Under the pieces are notes generated by a model. The model was given only the letters and a program-made list of their open reading frames with translations. It made no database searches and was not told where the DNA came from. A stretch of 23,390 nucleotides of DNA from Candidatus Latescibacterota bacterium. GTDB taxonomy: Bacteria; Latescibacterota; UBA2968; UBA8231. Shown here one piece after another: positions 8,365-16,240 of this stretch; the stretch's first letter is position 1; the number at the start of each line of letters is the position of its first letter. The stretch covers positions 1 to 23,390 of the forward strand of contig CBDETK010000011.1 of assembly GCA_965242865.1 (NCBI GenBank), written 5' to 3'. Made by a program: the position numbers and the translations under genes.

Positions 8365-8965
8365 GCGTTAAGAGTACTTCGGCTTTTCGCCGCGCACGGA
8401 TAGACCGTAGCGTCCAGCCGCGCAAATATTTCAGGTTTTTGCCGTCGGCCGCATCCACATTCTCAGCCACCAGATGCTCAAAATAGTGAAACTGATCCAG
8501 TTCCCCCAAACCGCGTTCCCCGCGTTCCTCGAAAATATCACTCACGGCGGCTAAGGTCCCCGGCCCGTAGAAGCCATCGGCAAAGCCGGGCGCAAGCGAC
8601 CCATCGAAATCCATGCACACCTGCTGCAACGCCCGCATAGCCCGCCGCGGCGACCGGGCACACATCTGCGAATACTGAAACTGTAGATGCGCCGGCACCT
8701 TATCGAGATGAAACTGAGTGTAATACTTTTCGTAAAACGCATCCAAGTGTTCACGCAACGCCTCCGCCACCTCGTCCGAGTCCAAGTCCGTACCATCCAA
8801 CTTATAGCCGTCGATCAAGACCCAGCCCGACCAGTCGGCGTTATGAACGCGGGAAACGCCCGAATAGGTTTCACCGCCAGAATCATCGGGATCGTTGACA
8901 TAACGCCCTTCCTCGTCAATGGTCTGGTCCACGATTGCCTTGAGAACTTTTTCGTCAATACTCAT
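8354..8965 (-). CDS. Endolysin, glycoside hydrolase family 108
   Basis: 'EEGRYVNDPDDSGGETYSGVS' catalytic motif, 'DGFYGPGTL', and C-terminal 'KYLRGWTLR' peptidoglycan-binding-type motif. AGGAGAGG RBS. Confidence 0.88.
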   Translation of the reverse strand: MSIDEKVLKAIVDQTIDEEGRYVNDPDDSGGETYSGVSRVHNADWSGWVLIDGYKLDGTDLDSDEVAEALREHLDAFYEKYYTQFHLDKVPAHLQFQYSQMCARSPRRAMRALQQVCMDFDGSLAPGFADGFYGPGTLAAVSDIFEERGERGLGELDQFHYFEHLVAENVDAADGKNLKYLRGWTLRSIRARRKAEVLLTLDD

Positions 8966-8975
8966 GATCCTCTCC

Positions 8976-11900
8976 TTATAACGTTACTTGGTACGTGCGG
9001 CTCCGCGCATAGATGCGCCGATCGCGCACGATACCCACTTCGTCAAAAAGCCCATCGGACAGTTGCAAGCGTTTCGTCTCGTTGAGCGACGCCAGCAACA
9101 GTTTATCCAAGTCCGTCACCTCCTGCATCGTCCCGGCCCGCGCAATGACGCGCACCTGGTGCGCCGTGTCCTTACCCTGCTTCAGCCCCGGCTCATACAG
9201 GTTACCCGTCACTTGGTAGTAAATGGCCGGCACCGGACTGTCACTGCGTTCCCGCTGGGCGCTGATACGCTGCGTCCCTTCCTCGTCGTCCTGATAGACC
9301 ACCGAGTCTAAGTCCAAAAGCACCGGCTCGACGCGCACGGGCGGCTCCAACGTTTCGCCTTCCGTCTCGGTGCGGTACGCCGTGAGGACGCGCCGCGCTA
9401 TCTCGACAATGATCTCAATCGGGTCCATACGCCGTCCGCGCAAGGTAGAGGGTATCTGTATGACCGCCCCGCCCGGCGGCTGGGGAGGCTGAGTAGGGCT
9501 ACGAACAATGAACACGCGAACACCTCCCATCGTTACTTGATCCGCCGTGAAGAGGACCTTTGCGCCAGCGCGACCTATCGCTACTACGTTCACATCCCGC
9601 ACGTCCGCGCCAGCCACACGCAACGTATCAACATGTAAATTAGTTAAACCGAATACAATAGGCAAGACCTCAACACGCCCTATGCGGGCGCGCGGCGGGC
9701 GCATGAACGTTTTTTGAGCAGCCAGCTCAGTAGTAAGGTCGACTACCCGGGGCTTGCCCACATCGAGCTTGGGCAGACGCCTAAAGATGCGCTGTCGGAG
9801 GCGCGGCACCCCGGGCGCAACGCCCCCCATCACCGTCGCAGGGAACGGCATGAACACGTGCCTGTGACGGCGTAGGGCTGGCTGCGCCAGCTTGATTTTG
9901 CCCAGCCTTGTTACATCGGGACGCCACGCCACCGGCGGCGTCTGCAAGGTCAGGAGTGGGCGACGCGCGACCACCCCGCCCATAGACACCGCCTGCGGAC
10001 GCCACACGGTGAACGGCTGTAAGCGATGGGAAACATCCGCGACCGCAACAGGGCCTATCGTCATCGCGGCGAGCGTCAACGGGATCGACGGAGCAACCCG
10101 CGTCACCCCATCGGCCGCCACGGCGATAGCCCCCACGCGCACCCGGCGGGGCGTCAACATGAACGTGCTATGACGAGTATCAAGGGGCGTGTCGGCCACC
10201 GACACCGCCCCGATCAAGCGACGGGCAAGCGTCAGGGAGGCCACGCCCCTATTCGTAATCGCGGCATCCTCTACATCGACGCCGCCCACCCGCAAGCGCG
10301 GCAAGCGCCCCAACGAGACCGAGACGACCGGGATAGTAGTAGCGGCATCCGCCACATCGACGCCACCCACCCGCAAGCGAGCGACGGGCAACGCCTGCTG
10401 CCCCACCGCTACCTGCGTCGGCAACCGCCTAACATCAATGCCGTCTATCTGCACATGCCCCAGCGTCAGGGACACCGCGGGCTTGACCTGCAACGTCGTA
10501 AGATCGGTTACATCAAGACCGCTTATATCGCTCACACGCTTAAGGGATAGGCTCGTAGCGGGCTTGACCTGCAACGTCGTAAGATCAGATACATCAAGAC
10601 CGCTTATATCGACTTGCGCGGGAGACAGGACCGTCGAAGGCTTGACCTGCAACGTCGTAAGATCGGTTACATCCAGACCGCTTATATCAACACGCTCAAG
10701 GGGTAGGTTCGTAGCGGGCTTGACTTGCAACGTGGTAAGATCCGTTACATCAAGACCGCCTATATCGACTTGCGCGGGAGACAGGACCGTCGAAGGCTTG
10801 ACCTGCAACGTCGTAAGATCGGTTACATCCAGACCGCCTATATCGACGCGCTTGGGTCGTAAGGCCAATGGCGGCACCACGATACGCAAGGGCGCATCAT
10901 GCGCTTCAACCCTACCCGTCTTGATGCGGGGCGGGGCCATGGTCTGGGCGGGCGTTATGTTCAACGGGCGGGCCTCATGCACCTCAAGGCCACCCACACG
11001 GAGCCGTGCCAGCGCCAGGCGCTGGGCCGGCGTCACCCGCAACGTCGTAGCATCGGACACCGCCAACGCGCCCACGTCCGTCTGCGGCAATGACAGCGCC
11101 ACGAGGGGATGGGTGACCGCGGTGGTCAGCGGCTGGCTATCCACCGGGCCAACCAGCACCGGTGCCAACGCGAGCGTCTGTGCCGGGATGGCAACCAACG
11201 CCGTCGGGTCGGCCACGCGCACCGGGCCGACAGACCGCCGCGTCAAGCGCAGGGCGACCGCGGGCGTTACATTCGTAGTAGGCGCATCGCCAATAGACAG
11301 GCCGCCCACCTCAACCCGCGTCAGCGTCAGGGCGAGCCGATCATGCCGCACGCGCAACGACGCATCGCCGCTCTCTATCTGCCCGATCGTCACCCGCTCG
11401 GGGGTCATGGATACCGCCGGCGTAACCCGGGTGCTACGCAGGTCGCGCACATCCGCGCCACCCACATCGACCCGCGACAGCGACAAGGACACGGCGGGCG
11501 TTACATTCGTAGTAGGGGCGTCCCGCGTAGCCTGTATGCCCCCTATATCGACCGTGGGGCAGCTGGAGCGGTATGATAGGCCCGACCGCTCGCAACAACG
11601 ACGGCGCGACCGCAACAGGCCCTACATCCGTCTCAGGGGTACGGAACGATGTTTGGGGCGTTACCGTGGCCAGCTCGCTACGCGCCTTGACCCGCCCCAG
11701 GGCGGTACGAGGCAACGACAGAGACACCACGGGCGTTACCGTCAAATGCGTCGCATCGCCAATCGCCACCCGCCCCACGTCCAAGCGGCGCGGCAACAGG
11801 CTTGCGGCCGGCGTCACATTCGTAGTGGGCGCATCGCCAATCGCCAACCCACCCACATCGACACGCTCCGCCCGCAAGACGACCGCCGGGATGACGCGCA

Positions 11901-13638
11901 TAGGCTGCGGATCGGCTATCGCCAGCCCCCCCACATCGACGCGCTCAAGGGGCAGCGGCCGCTGCGGCGCCACGGGCGTCAGCCCCCCATCCGCCACCGC
12001 CACGCCACCCAACGAGAGGCGCGCTACCCGCGCCGACACCGCCGGCGTTACATTCGTCGTAGGCGCATCGCCAATAGACAAGCCGCCCACGCGCAAGCGC
12101 GCCGGGCGAGCCGTCACATAGGGACGCTCCGCCGTCAACGACGCATCCGTCAACTCTATCTGCCCGATAGACACCCGGGCGGGCGTCAGCACCTGCGCGG
12201 GCGTCCTGTTCACGCTCGACGGATCCCGCGCATCGACACCGCCTATATCCGTCTGCGGTAACAACAGCGGCTGCCGCTCAATCGCTAACGCCGTAATAGC
12301 ATCGGCCACCGCCAACCCCCCCATAGCGGTCGGCGGTAGCGACAACGGTAGCCGCAGCTTAGTGCGGGGGGCTTGCGGCTGGACGCCCCCCACCGCCACC
12401 CGGTCGGGCGTCAGGACCGTGGCAACAGTAACCCCCCCCAACGAGGCATCCGACACCGACAGACCACCCACCGCCGTCCGCGGCAACGACAACGGCTGCT
12501 TGGGAAGCAACGCCGTCGTAGCATCCGACACCGCCAACCCACCCACAACCGTCCGCGGCAACGACCACGACACCGCCGGCGTCACAGCCACATGCGTAGC
12601 ATCCGACACCGCCAACCCACCCACAGAAGTCGTCGGCAACAAGAACGACACCTGCGGCGTCACCTTCGTCGTAGCATCCGCTACCGACAAACCACCTACA
12701 TCTAACTGAGAAAGAGAAAGCTCAACGCCCGAACTGACCGCGCCATAAAAACCTCTGAAATTGACACGGGTGAAGCTGCCAATGGTAGGCAGTTCGCCTA
12801 CCAGCGTCGTTGTGTGCGGTGTGTTGTACTGTGGGGACCGGGCAAACGTGATCTGATGGACCGCCGGCGTCGGACGGTCGTCGGACAAAATAGCGTATAA
12901 GGTAGTGCCGTCCGTGAACAGTCGAGGGCTATCTAATCGTATCTCACCATAGCTGACATGATTGTTAAGATTAGAAAGGGAAGCACGGCTAAGTCTAGAT
13001 CTGGAACTCGACTGATAAGCCGAGAAATAGAGATACGAACCCAACTTGACACCCGAACCAAAAGGACGGGGAGCACTGCTGCTGCTCCTTCTAGAAAAGC
13101 CAACACGGCGGATAGCCCAGTTCGTCCCGGTAGCCGAACACGTGAGCTCGTATAAATCGTAATCCCAACTGTTATACGTAGGGCCATCCGAGTCAGTGGT
13201 CCTATCATGCGTCAACCGAAAGAGATAATAGCTACGACTATTATTGTATATGATAGGCCCACGAAAGCTGTATTGTACCGTACGGTGATACCGTACACGA
13301 CCATAAATATCGCGCCCATAGCTCTGGCTTATATTCTGTGGTAGGATGTTGTTATACTCGGTGGCGTTGCTGGCAATCAGTCCGCCCAAGGGGTCGTTGA
13401 TAACCCATAGGCTGCGGTTGGCAATCGTCAGGATGCGCGGCGTGTCGTTGCCACTGGCATCGGGAACCATCCCCAACGCAAACCAGCCACCAATCGTCGG
13501 GCGCGACGTATTCTCCCAAGAGGCCCCCGATAGCTTGGCCGACGACAAGGGCGGGTCAATCGTAAGGAGCTCCCCGCGTTCACTGCCGCCAGCATCCCTT
13601 CTAGCACCATCTATATTGCGAAACAGAAACTTAGCCAT
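8976..13638 (-). CDS. Giant (~1,553 aa) repeat fibre-like protein with C-terminal tail-terminator-like domain; one +1 frameshift at ~11557
   Basis: ORFs 11434-13638 and 8976-11615 carry the same ~26-aa repeat. Removing one base from GGGG at 11556-11559 restores the register 'LQLPTVDIGG'. Confidence 0.75.
9500..12720 (-). repeat. Coding tandem repeat, ~78 bp / 26 aa, roughly 40 units
   Basis: Consensus approx. LxLxRVDVGGLxVxDAxTxVTPAVS. Five near-identical DNA units at ~10480-10850. Boundaries are approximate. Confidence 0.9.
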
Positions 13639-13651
13639 CGTCCTATCCTAT

Positions 13652-13693
13652 AAAAAAAGAGGCAGACTGCGTCCTTGAACACAACCTGCCTCT
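13652..13693 (-). terminator. Intrinsic terminator upstream of the giant gene
   Basis: AGAGGCAGGTTGTGTT / GACGCAGTCTGCCTCT 16-bp stem with G-U pairs on the minus strand, followed by a T run. Confidence 0.8.
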
Positions 13694-13716
13694 ATACACG
13701 ATCCCCGCGCTGAAAC

Positions 13717-14079
13717 TTAGTCGGCGACAGTCGTATAGGTGATGCTCGCCTCCGGCACGGTGACGGCCGCATAGCCGCTCACGGCCACCTCGACCGTGGC
13801 GCTCGTCATCGCCCGCACCGTCAAGCCGTTCTGCGCCGTCAGGTAGGCTTCCCATGCGGCCTTGACCGCCGCATCCTCACCATCCCCCTTCTCAAACCGC
13901 ACGTCGATACCATTCGCCGGTATCGTAAGCTCGTTGTTGATCGGAACGGTGACGCTGGCCGACAACGCATCCGTCGCCAACACCGTCGAGCCAATCTGAT
14001 AGCGCACATGCGTAACAACCGCCTGCGCCGCAAACGTCCCCAACGATAGGGCATTGGAGTTCGTAATCTTGGTAGCCAT
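13717..14079 (-). CDS. Small virion beta protein (collar/fibre-associated family-like, apparently permuted)
   Basis: AGGAGA RBS. Motifs 'TN...L......VTH', 'VTV...NELTIPANGIDV' and 'EVAVSGYAAVTV'. Confidence 0.65.
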   Translation of the reverse strand: MATKITNSNALSLGTFAAQAVVTHVRYQIGSTVLATDALSASVTVPINNELTIPANGIDVRFEKGDGEDAAVKAAWEAYLTAQNGLTVRAMTSATVEVAVSGYAAVTVPEASITYTTVAD

Positions 14080-14105
14080 AAAAATCTCCTTGTCTGGTAG
14101 TTAGG

Positions 14106-14834
14106 TTAGCTCGAAATCTCGACGACCCAGTCGTTGATATGACTGGTCGGCTGCACAGTGAACGACGTTTGCAGGTTGCCCCCGTCCGGCGCATCCGCGC
14201 CGGGCTTGCCAAACCGCGCCGCATACCGGACCCGCAGCTTGGGCGTGACCACCTTGAAATCGGCATCCGCCGCCACCGACGTGGGCGGAGCCAGCGTGCT
14301 GCGGCTGCCATCCGCGCTATACTGAATAATGCCCGTCCCGCCGCTCCCCCGCTCAACAACCCACGGAGTAGCCCCCTTGCCGTCGTCCTGCAGCTCGTCA
14401 ATGACATACGCTTTCCCGTCAATGATAAGCACCGCACCGCGCCCCACATCGTCAAACGGGATGTCAGGCGAACCCACAAGCGTTACAATGCCCGTGCCGG
14501 CAATCGCCGCCGTTACGCCGCTCGCACTGTTGTTATCAAAGAACTCAGCCTGTGCGGTCGTGAACTGAACATTGACCAGGGTCCCCTTGATCGCCGCATC
14601 CCGCACAAAACGCCACGCCGGATGAACGGGGTTATAGAGCGACGTAATCGTGACGGGCGCGACCTCCGGTAGGTCCGTCGAAGCCAAGCTGTCCTTGAAC
14701 GTTTGGATGGTCTCGCTGTTCAGGTCGCCGCCCCCCTCGCTGTGCGACTGCACCCCCGGTAACGACTCATACGTACCACGAATCTGAACGGAAACCTCCG
14801 CCCCTTGTACGGGTATGTTGATGCTATCTGCCAT
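14106..14834 (-). CDS. Major tail (tube) protein
   Basis: AGAGGAG RBS. Tube-like N-terminal half ('YESLPGVQS...ITSLYNPVHPAW') and C-terminal strands flank an inserted beta segment. Confidence 0.7.
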   Translation of the reverse strand: MADSINIPVQGAEVSVQIRGTYESLPGVQSHSEGGGDLNSETIQTFKDSLASTDLPEVAPVTITSLYNPVHPAWRFVRDAAIKGTLVNVQFTTAQAEFFDNNSASGVTAAIAGTGIVTLVGSPDIPFDDVGRGAVLIIDGKAYVIDELQDDGKGATPWVVERGSGGTGIIQYSADGSRSTLAPPTSVAADADFKVVTPKLRVRYAARFGKPGADAPDGGNLQTSFTVQPTSHINDWVVEISS

Positions 14835-14855
14835 GGTAGAACTCCTCTTTTGGTT

Positions 14856-15179
14856 TTAAGTGGCGGCTACACAAAACAACGTCAGCCACCGTCGATCAAA
14901 CTCTTTGACCCAGCGTATCGACCACGTGCGCCCCACATCATCCACGACATACCAGCGGGGCGTCATAGCCCGCAACGTGGGGCTCCAACGAAAACGAAAC
15001 GTGGTCTGCCATTGCTCGACGTCCACCCCCACCTCCTCCGTGTCGCGCCCCCCGCGGTCTATCCGCGTAGCAAAGACAATATGCTCCACCGGGGTATTGC
15101 GCTGCGGGTCACCGTGCGATGTCGTACCCGTCACCGCACCGGGTTCGTAGAGTCGGATGCGACGCGTACCCTCGGCCAT
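14856..15179 (-). CDS. Head closure / head-tail adaptor (SPP1 gp16-like)
   Basis: 107 aa after the connector. 'RIRLY', 'TTFRFRW' and 'GRTWSIRWV...RRWLTLFC' pattern. Confidence 0.8.
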   Translation of the reverse strand: MAEGTRRIRLYEPGAVTGTTSHGDPQRNTPVEHIVFATRIDRGGRDTEEVGVDVEQWQTTFRFRWSPTLRAMTPRWYVVDDVGRTWSIRWVKEFDRRWLTLFCVAAT

Positions 15180-15183
15180 GGCG

Positions 15184-15753
15184 TTAGTCTAACGCGGCGT
15201 GAAGGGGACGCAACGGCCCCAACAGCCGATCCAGCGCACGAAAATCATTCGGCAGGCCCCCGCCGTTGTATAGCTGCCGCACCAGCAAGACCAACGCCTG
15301 CGCCAGCACCGTATCTTTGGGGCGACGACCCAGCGTCAACCCGAGGGTCACATTCAGACGCCAGCGCAGATCCCGAGCATGGGCCGGCCACCCGGCCGGC
15401 GGCGCGTTCACGACAACAACATCCGTCGTCGGCGTCACCGTCGTCTCCACATCACCCCAATCATCCGTTTCAATCCACTCTCCCTCCGAAGAAGGAGAGA
15501 AATACGCGATGCTCTGAAGACTCTTGAACCCTCGCGCCTCAAACACAAGCGCATTCATCGCGCCCATGGGCGGGTTCGTCGAAAGAACACTCGGCCTATC
15601 CACCAGCGGGTAGTCTATGCTCGCCTCGACCCACCCCACCGCCGACGCCAACTGCTCTAACAGAAGCGTATCGTGGTAGGTCTCATCCACCGCTAAACGC
15701 AATTCTAAGCGCAAGCGATCTAACGAGCATATATCGGTAGGCTGAGCGACCAT
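15184..15753 (-). CDS. Head-tail connector (HK97 gp6-like, long form)
   Basis: 'SLDRLRLELRL...DTLL..QL.SA...VE' and 'QALVLLVRQLYN...LLGPLR'. Confidence 0.85.
   Translation of the reverse strand: MVAQPTDICSLDRLRLELRLAVDETYHDTLLLEQLASAVGWVEASIDYPLVDRPSVLSTNPPMGAMNALVFEARGFKSLQSIAYFSPSSEGEWIETDDWGDVETTVTPTTDVVVVNAPPAGWPAHARDLRWRLNVTLGLTLGRRPKDTVLAQALVLLVRQLYNGGGLPNDFRALDRLLGPLRPLHAALD
15467..15502 (-). CRISPR. Solitary CRISPR-repeat-like unit 3, inside the connector CDS
   Basis: TTTCTCTCCTTCTTCGGAGGGAGAGTGGATTGAAAC: stem at positions 4-25 (9 bp, TTCG loop) and the identical 3' tail. Confidence 0.75.
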
Positions 15754-15759
15754 TTGGCG

Positions 15760-16173
15760 TTAGGAGCGCGTAGGCTTGGGCTTGGGACGCTTAGCGTCGC
15801 GGGTCTCCACCTCGACGCCCTGCCGACGCGCAAGCTCGACCAATTTTCGTGGCGTATCTCGATGCGCCAACAGACCCACGTCATGGATTCGCAACAAATT
15901 AACCAGCATCTCTTCCTCCGTTTCTTGGCGCACCGCCAGACCGCGCGACACCATATCGTCCACCTCAGAGGCCGGCACCAGCACTAACTGACCGCGCTTA
16001 TACGGACAGCCCCCCGGGGCCACCCAATGGGTACGAAGGCGCACCCGCTCCAGCGGAATATCCTCCTTGCGCTTCTCACCCTCCAAGCGGTGCTCCTCCA
16101 GCTTGGCGCACGCTTCTTGGTGGCGACGCTCTTTCTCACGCGCCGCCGCCAACGCCATCGTCATCGTAGGCAT
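15760..16173 (-). CDS. Post-capsid hypothetical protein
   Basis: GAGGAGAGGGG RBS. 'YKRGQLVLVP..EVDDMVSRGLAV' resembles small domains often encoded after HK97-like capsid genes. Confidence 0.65.
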   Translation of the reverse strand: MPTMTMALAAAREKERRHQEACAKLEEHRLEGEKRKEDIPLERVRLRTHWVAPGGCPYKRGQLVLVPASEVDDMVSRGLAVRQETEEEMLVNLLRIHDVGLLAHRDTPRKLVELARRQGVEVETRDAKRPKPKPTRS

Positions 16174-16188
16174 ACCCCTCTCCTCTCT

Positions 16189-16224
16189 GTTTCAATCCAC
16201 TCCCGACTTAGCCCTCGGGAGAAC
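16189..16224 (-). CRISPR. Solitary CRISPR-repeat-like unit 2
   Basis: GTTCTCCCGAGGGCTAAGTCGGGAGTGGATTGAAAC, 32/36 identical to unit 1, starting 16 nt after the capsid stop. Confidence 0.85.
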
Positions 16225-16240
16225 TGGGCTTACGCCCGCC

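Noticed and set aside
10480-10850. CRISPR-array-like pattern of ~50-bp repeats with ~27-bp spacers
   Set aside because: The period is 78-81 bp (multiples of 3), the spacers repeat alternately, and the block is in frame within the 26-aa protein repeat.
10189-12261. 690-aa plus-strand ORF and other long antisense ORFs (16067-17755, 20886-21899)
   Set aside because: Shadows of GC-rich or repetitive minus-strand genes, with no recognisable motifs.
5506-13638. Diversity-generating retroelement acting on the fibres
   Set aside because: No reverse transcriptase and no TR/VR pair with adenine-specific differences was seen in the window.
15467-16224. Units 2 and 3 as a two-repeat mini-array
   Set aside because: They are separated by about 690 bp of coding sequence, far beyond spacer length, and their stems differ.
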